Assembly: GCF_000281045.1 (NCBI RefSeq)
Contig: NW_008246103.1
Coordinates: 150,582-214,581 of the forward strand
Reading direction: 5' to 3'
Origin: Saprolegnia diclina VS20
Lineage: Eukaryota
DNA length: 64,000 nt
The notes beneath the pieces were generated by a model. It worked only from the letters and a program-made list of their open reading frames with translations, did not search any database and was not told where the DNA came from. Of the stretch, positions 12,371 to 23,089 are shown in pieces. The first letter of the stretch is position 1, and each line of letters begins with the position of its first letter. The position numbers and the translations under genes are program-made.

Positions 12371-13909
12371 ATGGCTGGCGGTATTGCGATCCTCCCGGGC
12401 GGCGGCGCGGACAACACGCCGACCGAAGGCTCCCGCGCGTATGCGATCGTCGTCTGCGTCTTTGCGTCTCTTGGTGGTATCTTCTTCGGCTACGATCAAG
12501 GCGTCACGGGCGGTGTCCTCGTCATGGACTCGTTCCTCAACGACTTTTGCATCGGCCACAATGGTAACACGGGCACGCAGTGCCGCGCCTCGTCGTCGGA
12601 CCTCCCGGACAACTGGTCGACGTTCACGACGCTCTTCAACGTGCTCTACTACATGGGCTGCATCGTTGGCGCGTACCTCGGTGGCTACATTGCCGACAAG
12701 TATGGCCGCCGCGCGACCATCTTCTCGGCCGGTGTCCTCTTTTGCGCCGGCACGCTCATGCTCGTCCTCACCAACAAGGGCAACCACACGCTCGCCTTGA
12801 TCGCGCGCATCATCCAGGGCTTCGGCGTCGGTAACTCGTCCTTCTCGCTGCCCATCTTTGGTGCCGAGATGGCCCCGAAGGAGCTCCGTGGTATGCTTTC
12901 GGGCTTTATGCAAATGTCGATCGTCACGGGTCTCCTCCTTGCCGGCATCATCAACTATGTGGTGCAAAACGACGAGCACGGCTGGCGCGTCACCAACGCT
13001 GTCGCAATGGCCTTCCCGGTCATTGTCATGGCCGGTATCTTTTGCGTGCCCGAGTCGCCGCGCTGGACGTATAAGGCCAAGGGTCGCGCCCAAGCCGAGT
13101 CTGCCCTCAAGCGCCTTCGTCGTACCGACAACGTCGGTGCTGAGCTCCAGGCCATTGGTGACGCCATTAAAGAAGAAGGCGACAACACGTCGACGTGGGC
13201 TGATCTGTGGCACCCGTCGATTCGCCCGCGCCTTATCATTGCCTGCTCGCTCCAGCTCCTCCAGCAAGCCACCGGTATCAACCCGATCTTCACGTACGGC
13301 GGTCAGATCTTCAAGGATGTCGTCGGCGACGGTATCGTGTCGCTCCTCATCTTCCAGATTGTCAACTTCCTCTCGACAATTCCGGCTATGTACTGGGTCG
13401 ATAAGGTCGGTCGCCGCAAGCTCCTCCTTGTCGGTGCCGCGGGTATGGTCATCGGCCACTTGGTGTCTGCGATCTCGTTCACGGCTGGCTGCAAGGGCGA
13501 CACGAGCAAGTCGGACTGCTCGACGGGCGCGGGCTGGACCATGATTGTCTTCACGGCCTTCTTCATCTTCAACTTTGCGATCTCGTGGGGCCCCGTGTGC
13601 TGGATCTACCCGGCCGAGATCTTCCCCATGAACGTCCGCGCCAAGGCCGTCTCGGCGTCGACGATGACCAACTGGTGCATGGGCTCGCTCATGATCGGCA
13701 TCCCCAAGCTCTTCCCGTACCTCAACATCAACGGCGTCTTCTTCCTCTTCACGGCGCTCTGCGCGCTTGCCGGTGTCTACGTCTGGTTCAAGTGCCCGGA
13801 AACCAAGGGCCTCCTCCTCGAAGACATCGAGCTTCTGTTCGGCAACGGCTTGCCGGCTCGTGTCCCGAAGAGCGTCGATGTCGAGACGCCCAAGCGCGAC
13901 GAAGCGTAA
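12371..13909 (+). CDS. MFS sugar porter (hexose/polyol transporter), intronless
   Basis: FFGYDQG, ADKYGRR, EMAPKELRG, PESPRW, QQATGIN, VDKVGRR, WGPVCWIYPAEIFP, PETKG motifs; about 12 hydrophobic segments. ATG 12371 is preferred over the upstream ORF-track start. Confidence 0.96.
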   Translation: MAGGIAILPGGGADNTPTEGSRAYAIVVCVFASLGGIFFGYDQGVTGGVLVMDSFLNDFCIGHNGNTGTQCRASSSDLPDNWSTFTTLFNVLYYMGCIVGAYLGGYIADKYGRRATIFSAGVLFCAGTLMLVLTNKGNHTLALIARIIQGFGVGNSSFSLPIFGAEMAPKELRGMLSGFMQMSIVTGLLLAGIINYVVQNDEHGWRVTNAVAMAFPVIVMAGIFCVPESPRWTYKAKGRAQAESALKRLRRTDNVGAELQAIGDAIKEEGDNTSTWADLWHPSIRPRLIIACSLQLLQQATGINPIFTYGGQIFKDVVGDGIVSLLIFQIVNFLSTIPAMYWVDKVGRRKLLLVGAAGMVIGHLVSAISFTAGCKGDTSKSDCSTGAGWTMIVFTAFFIFNFAISWGPVCWIYPAEIFPMNVRAKAVSASTMTNWCMGSLMIGIPKLFPYLNINGVFFLFTALCALAGVYVWFKCPETKGLLLEDIELLFGNGLPARVPKSVDVETPKRDEA

Positions 13910-14731
13910 ACTGTCCTGTATGAATAGCACGACTACTATGGTGAGTAGTAAGCGGCATGAATGAAATGTGTACATTGTAAACCGAAACTCTAGTATGAAG
14001 TCCAACTTCCGAACACAACGTCTAGCAATGTCTATAAAAAAAACGTGGAGGCTCTGAAGGAAGATCACGCGACCCATAGTTTTCTTGGGACGACAGCCTT
14101 TAGCAGTTACCTCTTGTGCCTATCAAAAGCACTCAGACGCCCAAGGCGTTGCTCTATTATTGGCTGCTCTATTGGTGTAGCAAGGCTTTGGGTCGGGCCC
14201 TGGATCAGTCCTACGTACACAGTCGACGCCAAGATTCAGTCTCTCACCAAGCATATCTGCATTGCTATCGTCGAGCAATGCAACTAGCTCGCCACATGCC
14301 TTGTTTGTCAGCGTCCTATGCTCCTCGTGCCTTGTAGCGCTGTCGGCTAATGTGTAAACGCGAAACAATGGATGCCTACTCGATCGATCCATGGCTTGGG
14401 ATAGCCAGAAATGAGCTCGCATTGCGCCAAGCGCACAAAATCCGGGATTTCTGTGAACTCGCGTCCCTCACGACTGCGAAATGTGCTGCACCACAGGCTC
14501 CTGTACAGTCCCATCCTAACGGTTTCTCGGCAGGACTATCTCACTGATAGATTGATACACATCGCCTTGTCCCGACCTCGTGGTTTGAGAGCTGTGTAGA
14601 TATGAATATCCAGTGCTCAACCAATGTATGAGGCGTATATATCTTTATGTAGATTTCAGGAGCTTGCGTACGACCTCGCGAGCTATGACTCGGCGAGTGG
14701 GGTCCACCACGGGATGGATTTCTCGGTGCGC

Positions 14732-15191
14732 AGCTCTGTGAGCACGTTTTTATCCGGACAGAAATATCCGGACAACATGCCCAGCGCGGCGCCAGTGTGG
14801 GCAAAATGGATGAACTTTTGAGTTTGAAACGAAGTCTCGCGTTTTGTTCAATATGTATAGAGCACGACACAGGGAGCCCAAAAACCAAAAAACGGTGCTC
14901 GTAGCGTACCTACAGTCTGTGCTGCGCACCGTCAAGTTGGTGCAAACTGATACGGAATTTAGTATCGGTGTATCAGTATTCATCAACTTACACAGCGACT
15001 AGCATGGACTGTAGGAACGCTACGGGCTCCATTTTTTGGTTTTCGCGCTCCCTGCGCCACGCCCTATACATATAGACCAAAACACGAGACTTCGTTTCAA
15101 ACTCAAAAATCCATCCATCTTGCTCGCTCGGACGCCGTGCTGGGTTCGCGATCCGGATAATAGTATCCGGATAAAATTGTGCTCAACAGCT
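14732..15191. mobile_element. Palindromic foldback / MITE-like element, copy 1
   Basis: Arms ~14732-14953 and ~14970-15191 are reverse complements (about 80% by eye) around a ~16 nt loop. Both ends carry tandem TATCCGGA[C/T]A motifs. Homologous to 62322-62756. Confidence 0.75.
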
Positions 15192-15808
15192 TGGCAAGAG
15201 CTCTTGGCGAGCGCTTCGATCTCGGCTTCTTACGACGGTACTGACTAGAAAGGCGGGTACTCCGATGCCGCGCTGGGCTCGTTGTCCGGATATTAATGTT
15301 TGCATTGTTGTAAACATCGAAGTACCTGGTACGCACATGCATCCAAATGTGCAGCACTCCACACGCCGCCCTCTGTACGCAGTGTTGAGTTGAGCGGACC
15401 CGTTGTTGCATATTCCCGAGGCTTGAAAAACTATGTACTCTATTTTCCATGCAAGGTGCCTCGACACGCTGGGGTTGCGTTGGCGTCAGAGTGCTGGGTA
15501 CTGGGGTACACCCAAGCTCGTACCGGGTGCCTCTTGGCCTTCAGGCGGTCGGCCCGCCTTCCATCTTCTTCGACAACGTCTGTCTTAGCGATTCCATTCT
15601 AGATAATGTCATTCACGCATACCAAATCTGTCAACGGTGCTATCACGTGATGATGGCATTTGCAAAAAATCACAATCGACGCGATCGACCACGTTTTGTC
15701 GAAATGCCCGAATCATCCGCATAAGTCATCCGGCTCAATCCACAAGATCGGCCCGTTCGACCACATTGCTTTTGCCCACCTCCAGCACACGCTTGTACTC
15801 CCTTCTTT

Positions 15809-17515
15809 ATGACCATGCCATCGGCTGCTATTCCATCTCGCGTCGACGCCCTCATCGTTGGCGCCGGTCCTACTGGTCTGACGCTCGCCGCCGAGCTGGT
15901 GCGCCACGGTGTCGCCAACGTTGCAATCGTCGATCGTGCACCGGCGCCCGTGATCCAGACAAAGGCCTCGGTGCTCTGGCCGCGGTCGCTCGAGCTGCTC
16001 GAGGTGTACGACGGCGTCGTCGACGCTCTGCACGAGCGATGCCTCCGCGCCCGCCGGGCGACGTTTCGTGACCGAGGCGGTGTCATCAACTCGGTGCCGC
16101 TAGGCGCGCACTTGGACTCGAAGTACACGTATGGTCTCCTCACGGAGCAGTGGTACGCCGAGCAGTGCCTTGCCTCGTTCGTTGAAAAGCACGTTGCGAT
16201 CCAGCGGTCGACGACGCTCCAGAGCTACACCCGCACGCCAACTGCCGTCCACGCGACAGTGACCACCGCCGACGGCACCGACGTCGTCGTTGAAGCCAAG
16301 TACCTCATCGGCGCCGATGGCGCCCGATCCAGCGTGCGCAAGCTCATGCATTGCGGCTTTGAGGGCGTTGTGATGCCGGGGCAATTTCTCTCGGTGCATT
16401 TTCGCCCCACCGCACCGATCGACGCCTTGGCCGACCTCGATGGGCTGACGTTCTTTCTGTTTGAAAACGGCGCGAGCTTTGCGACGCCGATGCCCAACGG
16501 CACGTTTCTCGTGGCCATCGACATGGACGACGCTGAGGGTGCATCGTATCGATCGGACTCTGAGAGTGATCGCCACGGCCTGCCGATGCTGCGCGAGCTG
16601 ACGCACTCGGAGCTCGAGGCGGTCGTGAGCGCGCACATGGGCCCCGTCTCGTTTGAGTCGGTGCTCTGGGCGTCACACTTTCGCATCAACGAGCGCCTCG
16701 CGGCAGCGTACGACGACGGCGGTCGCGTCTTTCTGGCTGGTGACGCATGCCACTGCCACTCGCCGCTGTACGGCCAAGGCATGAACACGGGAATTCAAGA
16801 CGCGGTCAACCTCGGTTGGAAGCTCAGTTTTGTTTTGCGAGGATTCTCCAGCGACAGTCTCTTGCGCACGTATGGAGAAGAGCGCCGGCTTGTCGGGGAC
16901 GCCCTCGTCGCCATGACGACGCGCGGCCAAAGCCTCGCCAGCAGCCGCAACACGTGGTTCCATGCGCTGCGAAAGTTCGTGCTGCAGGTGATGGCCGCCA
17001 CCCCTCTCTTTGCGTCCAAAGCCGCAGCGTTTCTCGGTGAGACGGCGATTGCGTACCGCGGAAGTGTCCTCTCGGTCGAGCACTGGGACAAGCCATCGCT
17101 CGTGTCACACGCCTCGAAGTACCTGCGCCAAATCTTTCGACACATGCTTGGCGCGCGCGTCCAGGCGGGCGATCGCTGCCCGTGGCACGTTCTGCCGTCT
17201 GCGACCTGTCCACGCGACACCACGCAGTGCCTTGCGCTGCTCTTTGAAGGATGTGAAGACGCCACGGTGGCGCCAATGACGACGGCGCAGCTCTCGGCGC
17301 TCGGCGAGCAGATCGTACGCGCAACCAACGGCGTCGTCGGTACATGTATTGTCGTACCGGCGTCCAACACGGTCGCCAACGCGCGCTTTGGCGTCGGTGG
17401 CCAATGCGTCTTCCTGCTCCGCCCCGATGGGTACGTGGGACTCCGCTGCGAACCAGTGAGTGTCGAATGCATCGTTGACTACCTCGGTGCTCGACTTGGT
17501 GTTCTCAAGCTTTAA
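15809..17515 (+). CDS. FAD-dependent aromatic monooxygenase (PheA/TfdB, FAD_binding_3 family), intronless
   Basis: IVGAGPTGL Rossmann motif, GADGARSSVRK (DG motif), LAGDACHCHSPLYGQGMNTGIQDA (GD motif), C-terminal LLRPDGYVG. Confidence 0.93.
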   Translation: MTMPSAAIPSRVDALIVGAGPTGLTLAAELVRHGVANVAIVDRAPAPVIQTKASVLWPRSLELLEVYDGVVDALHERCLRARRATFRDRGGVINSVPLGAHLDSKYTYGLLTEQWYAEQCLASFVEKHVAIQRSTTLQSYTRTPTAVHATVTTADGTDVVVEAKYLIGADGARSSVRKLMHCGFEGVVMPGQFLSVHFRPTAPIDALADLDGLTFFLFENGASFATPMPNGTFLVAIDMDDAEGASYRSDSESDRHGLPMLRELTHSELEAVVSAHMGPVSFESVLWASHFRINERLAAAYDDGGRVFLAGDACHCHSPLYGQGMNTGIQDAVNLGWKLSFVLRGFSSDSLLRTYGEERRLVGDALVAMTTRGQSLASSRNTWFHALRKFVLQVMAATPLFASKAAAFLGETAIAYRGSVLSVEHWDKPSLVSHASKYLRQIFRHMLGARVQAGDRCPWHVLPSATCPRDTTQCLALLFEGCEDATVAPMTTAQLSALGEQIVRATNGVVGTCIVVPASNTVANARFGVGGQCVFLLRPDGYVGLRCEPVSVECIVDYLGARLGVLKL

Positions 17516-18452
17516 GACGCGGCGAAATTTGAGCCTGTGGCGTCCGAATGGGTTCTGTACGCGGCCGCCAGTGCTGTTGCGGGCGGCGCACTGGTGCAGT
17601 GCCTAGTCCAAGTCATTGCTTAATGCATTTGCTCAATACATTTGATGACTATATAATTGTTCAAGTGCGACCGTTGGAACAGAGTTCTTGCAGAAGGCTC
17701 AATTGTCTACGACTGTGTTGTCTTTAGCGACTGCAGATTCATCGGCGTACGTGCGTTGAAGACTCGAACCTCATTGCTGCCTCGATGTTAGGCCCAGCGG
17801 AGGTGCACAAGTGTCCCGTATCGCCATGATGGACGACGAAGAAAAGAAGAGGTTGCTGCGGTCTTTCGACGATAACAAAGGCATCGATGGCGTCGAAGTA
17901 GCTGCCTCTATGCACTTCCACTGTCTGTGCCACAGCATCGTGTACTGCGGTGATGAGGACAACGCAAGCACTCTCGACATTCTTGCTCCTCGGACAGTCT
18001 TGGCACCTGAATGCTAATTTGGCACTCACGCTCTTGACCACAGCGCTACGAAGTTGCAATCACGATATTTGCAAAAGAGTCAGACGATGACGTGGCATTC
18101 GATAAGGACGTGCAGTGGGCAACTGCGGCAGCCACGATGAGTTTGATGACGCATACATCGGGTGGGGCATTTTATCTTGGATGAATCGAGAGGTATCCAG
18201 ATGCCAGCGAGCGCGACTTGGCTCCGAGTCAGGATCGCATTGTGCCATTTTGATTGGACGTTGGCTTTTCAGCCAATCGGTGCGTCGCTACCATCATTCT
18301 GAAATTTGTGCGCAATTACTCACGTATTTTAATACAGTTTACATTCAAATGTCATGTCATGAAGAATAAAAATACAATCAAAAGCCACGTGGCCATTTTT
18401 ATTGCATTGTATTACCCTTCTTCCATTTTCAGATTCAACCTCCCAACGCAGC

Positions 18453-19386
18453 ATGGACCCTTCCAGCTTCTTCACCCGCTCCTCGTGGAACATGGAAGCG
18501 CTCTTCAAGGCCAACGATATCAGCATCCCCGTCCAACAGCATCTCGTCCGTGTGTACACGGCGCTGGCGGCGACGCTCCTTGCCGCAGCCGTCGGCGTCG
18601 GCCTCGACATGGCGTACGACCTCGCGGGGATCACAACGGTGTGCGCCACGGTCGGGCTCATCTTTGGCCTCTTCTTCGTCGAGAAGCACCTCGTGATGAA
18701 GCGTCTGGGTATGCTCATGGCCATTGCGACCTGCACGGGCGTCAACATTGGCCCGCTCGTCGCGACCGCGCTCAACGTCGACCCGGCGGTTGTCGTCACT
18801 GCCTGGTACGTACCGCCAGCGCTATGGAGCATGTATGCGAAGGCTCACGCATCTCGTTTTTAGCTTGGCGACGACGGTGATCTTTGTGTGCTTCACCGGC
18901 AGCGCCTTGATCGGTACGCGGCTCCTCCTACACCGCGGACGATGTGGCTCACGGTGCATGCGTTTAGAGAAGCGCCGATCGTACATGTACATGATGTCGT
19001 TCATCTCGTCGGCGACGATGGTCATGTCGCTCATCTCGCTCGTCAACCTCTTCTCGCGCTCGATCGCCCTGTACAACGCCCACTTGGTACGAACGCCTCC
19101 ACCTCCTACGATCACTCAAGGACTTTCCTGACATGCTTAGTACATGGGCCTCCTCGTTTTTTGCGCATACGTGCTCTTTGACACGCAGATGATCATTGAG
19201 AAGGCGACGATGGGCGACACGGACTTTGTGCTCCATGCGCTCGACCTCTTCCTTGGTATCCCCGACAATGGCAAGTCCATGGCACTCACGTCGCTTGTAG
19301 ACTTTGTCAACATCTTTGTCCGCTTGGTCGTCATCCTCCTCCGCAACAAGGAACAGAAGGACAAGAAGCGCGAATCGCGCCGCTAA
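18453..19386 (+). CDS. BI-1: Bax inhibitor-1 (TMBIM6) family membrane protein; introns 18806-18863, 18914-18967, 19087-19140, 19256-19300
   Basis: VQQHLVRVY, YMGLLVFCAYVLFDTQMIIEKA, HALDLFLDFVNIFVRL and a basic C-terminal tail after splicing. Confidence 0.92.
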
Positions 19387-22373
19387 GCGCCTCCCGTGCT
19401 GTCGCGCCGACACTCAAGACCTTTAAGCAGGCTTCCATTAATACTACCATTTCAAGTACGAGCCGGATGCTCTGGGGCCACTACGGCATGCAGCGTCGTG
19501 GCATGTTGCTGCAGCATCCAGTTGCCGTTTTGCGCCACGGGCTTTGCGGCTGGAGACTACGACATGCACGACGAGAATGAGGCTACCGGTGCGAGTGTAC
19601 GCTGCGTCGTTGGCAAGTCGCAAGGGACTGCAGCGCGGCAAGCCCCGTTTGCACTAGAGTATGCATGTACCTCGAAAGTCGAGTTTTGGCTAACAGCGCT
19701 TGACATGCATTGTTCAGAGTGGAATGAGCAAGCGCGAGATGACGTTAGATGCAATAGCCTGCCTCCTCGACACTTGAAAGCCCATGTGGGTCAAGGCACG
19801 CTGCGGTGCATGTCGCCTAGCTGGTCCCGAGCGTCAGCTCAAGAGCAAGAGCTTGGTCCTGCCGACGATCCGCACTTGGTGGCGACGCATTGACACCGAG
19901 GCTAGTATCGGCCAGGGGTGGTGGATCCAAAGTAAATGAATCGGGTTTAATCGCAGCTCGATGCTGACGGATGCATCATCATAGTAGCTCACCCCAGTGC
20001 AATCTAGTAGCATGTCGTTGACACTGAGCCTTACGGCAACTCGTCGTCCGCAGAAGTGCGACAGTTAATCCTGGTAGGAACGTTTACGTGGTGTACCAGC
20101 ATCCCAGGGGATTAATTCGATGTGTCGTGTCTCAATCCGGCCAACCCATTGGCTATATATCGAGCCATTTTGGCCAATGAAACGCAGTTTCATTGGTCTA
20201 AGCCAATCGCATCGCGCGAAACGTGTCCAGTGAAGTGCGATTTTGGTGTCCCCATAAAGTGCTGTCCATTTTCCGGACGTTATACTTGATTAAAGTATAA
20301 CAATTGCGCTGAAGTGCGCCTGCGTACTTAGCCGAAAATCACGCAACTTTTCGATTAGGTGCGATTTCAGAAGCGCGCGAAGACTGCAGCAAGCGACGAC
20401 GGCGCGTTGGCCCGGAAAAGTCTGCACACCGCAGCGCAGCGAAGGTCGAGCGTTGACTTTTGTCTAGGCCAACGCGCCGTCGTCGCAATACCGTTATCAA
20501 CGCTTCGCATTCAATACAAAAGTTCCTACCAGCTCACCCCGCAAGGGACCTGTTCGGACCAAAATACCCTCTGAAATGCGTCTTATAAATTCGAACTTAA
20601 TAGCAGAAAGCAAATTGGACTCACTGTTTTTGCTTTGCAGCTAAGCCGCCGATGACAAATGACCAACATTCCTGATTCGCGATCGCTCCATAGTGAGAAA
20701 GACCGAATGTGGTGTTTTGCAAATTGGTGTCCACGGAACCGACGGGATATTGTTTCGTTCTGGAAGTATGAGACCCATCATTGAGTGACTTGGTCATACG
20801 CTCAACGCCTCGACTACTTTTCACACTCCCGCACAGCCAAATCGCAGCGGAGGTCGGGGTCGAGGCGAATGGATGGATGGACCGCCACATTGCACGTCTG
20901 GCGCTCGTGCCGACGTAGGCCCGTGTCTTGATTCGCGAGCCGTTGGGCTGCTGGCATCATGGAGACGATATTGGCAAAATGTACAGTAGCTCGGATGGGC
21001 GACGGAGCGTGTCGTCATTGGCCTCACGTGGGGTCGCTAGCGCCAGGGGTGACTGACTACAGGTGATAGAAACGAGTTCCTGCACCGCCCCAGCGAGCCA
21101 GCCAAGGAGAAGGAAATCGCTAGTATCTACGTACAAGAGGTCTTTGCAACTCGGAGATAACGCAAAACACAGCCACCTAAGAGTGATGAGCGGAAGGATA
21201 GGAATGAGTAGAGCTCGCCTAAGCGACCAAGCGGGCTTCTCTCCAATCGTCAAGCTGCTTACTCTAGTAGCTGGGTGGTGCAGGATATAAAAATGCATTA
21301 GCTGCATGACGAGGCTCTCTCACCTTATCCGGTTACATTCGTGGCTGCATGAATAGCAGCTGACGTTCGCCATTTCGAGCTCGCCGAATTCGTTGCGCCG
21401 GTCCAAGCGCATCATGGCGATCATAAACCACAAGGTAACTGGAATACTGTTGTTCAACAGCCTTCTGGGACGGGTCTACAGTACTGTAAGCTTAGTGCGC
21501 TCCGTAGACACTCGTCGCTAATACGCCGAGGCTACAATATTGTATTCAAACCACGCTTCATTCCCACCAACGAATGCATTTTCAGCACCATCGCGCCACC
21601 ACGATCGATCCCGCGCTATCAAGCCGAGGAACTCGACGTGCCCAACTAAGCCGACAACGACATTTGTCAATGTCCAGCCAACACACAACTTTAATGCCAC
21701 CTAGTCAAGCCTCAGCGGGACGAACGGCCTCCGTTTCATTATCAAGCCAAACCATAGGGTAAATCACGTAATGTACCCCTGACACAAGCCACGCTTCGTG
21801 TATTGATCTGCTTCCACACACGGCCTTTTGGCTAAGACGCGAGGTCATCTAATCTGCATGCTGCTAGCCTCGTCGACAGCCGTGCCATCACTGAGTTTTC
21901 CTCGATTTGCATCCGAACATGGGTGGCCATGCGCAAATTTGATTGGTCGTGAGCGCAGTCGTTCCTGTAAATTGCCATGGCCAAGTATGTACTGTTTTTG
22001 TGGAAAAGGCCAAGTCAGGGCTGACTGTGAAAAAACTATTTTTTCGCATAAGGCACGGTGTAAATCACACACCATCTGGTGATATTTTTAAAAATATGTA
22101 TCTTGGTTTTTGTATGAAAGGTAAATATGTAAAGATGATACAGCGCGGCTATGTCTTGTGACGAAAAAGAGTGCGATTTTTTGCGCACTTTATCGCGATT
22201 TTTGCGCACTAGAACGCGCCGCATCTAAAAAAGATACAAGAGAATGACTGAATTCGTACCTAATATTCCGACACGCTTCCCCCCTACAGCAAAGGATCTG
22301 CACCATCCGTCTCGAAAAAGCACGCAGTGCTTTTTTCGTAGGGATGGTGAAATAGGTTTCCCACATGGAAATC

Positions 22374-22548
22374 ATACCTTCTCGGCCTTTTGGCTAAGAT
22401 CAAGTGTAGTATCTGTTCTAATCAGTGTGAAAACTGATTTCCACACTTCGGTGTGGTTTTTTTTCACATTCATTTTTACAAACTCCGATAGTCCAGTTGG
22501 CTTGCCACTGACTATTGGACTGGTTTCCGAGGGCCCAGCACTCCTCCC
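22374..22548 (+). ncRNA. U2: U2 spliceosomal snRNA
   Basis: 5' ATACCTTCTCGGCCTTTTGGCTAAGATCAAGTGTAGTATCTGTTCT with branch-recognition GTAGTA. Stem IIa ATCAG/CTGAT with loop complement TTTTCACA downstream; stem IIb CCACAC-TTCG-GTGTGG; Sm-like ATTTTTA; stem III ~22475-22519; stem IV ~22529-22546. 3' end approximate. Confidence 0.93.
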
Positions 22549-23089
22549 TTGTGAAGCCTAACTACTGCACTCAATCTTCCTTCACTACAATTACACTTTA
22601 GCATCTCTCTACATTCTTTTGACCATTCACTCACATCTCCAGCTCACATCTCCAGCGCGAAGCTCTGCCGACGAGCGAAGCGAGTCAATATGAACGTTGC
22701 CCGTAGGGCCCGAGGCGTAGCCGAGGTTTAGTTCATATTCGAGCAAAACTTGGCATCGCACGCACACCCAATGAATGTGAGTATTGTTCATCGGATTTGT
22801 TTTTGTCACAGGATATATGGGGTTTACCGCGTGATTTACCCATGCGTTTTGGTTTGATAACTGATCGGAGGCCGCTTCTTCGCGCTGCTTGATCCTTCGA
22901 CCTCTCTTGACTTCTTTCCACGATGAACCATCGGGCTACGCGTGCTTCGCGGCCGTGAGCCACCCCTATTTATGTCAACTACACGGACCTATGTCTTTGT
23001 TTCGATGACGCGGTGGTCAAGTGTAGCAGCAGTAGTAGTACTAGAGTACGGGGAAATCGGCTTGGGAAGCCAACTGGACATTCAGAATT

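Noticed and set aside
12362..14077. Long antisense ORFs opposite real genes (also 4159-5151, 47938-50046, 51819-53408, 53487-55277)
   Set aside because: Shadow ORFs expected from GC-rich codon bias on the coding strand; no independent domain signal.
14750..14986. Similar 78-81 aa ORFs (…ATST..WFLGSL…SG*) in both foldback elements (also 62322-62567)
   Set aside because: The similarity follows from DNA homology. The equivalent frame in the right arm of copy 1 has a stop and in copy 2 an indel, so coding constraint is not supported.
17740..18250. Protein-like fragments (MDDEEKKRLLRSFDDNKG…, NCGSHDEFDDAY…)
   Set aside because: Short, interrupted and unassignable to a family by eye; possible pseudogene debris.
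20580..21760. Short hydrophobic minus-strand ORFs
   Set aside because: Fragmented by stops with no identifiable family.
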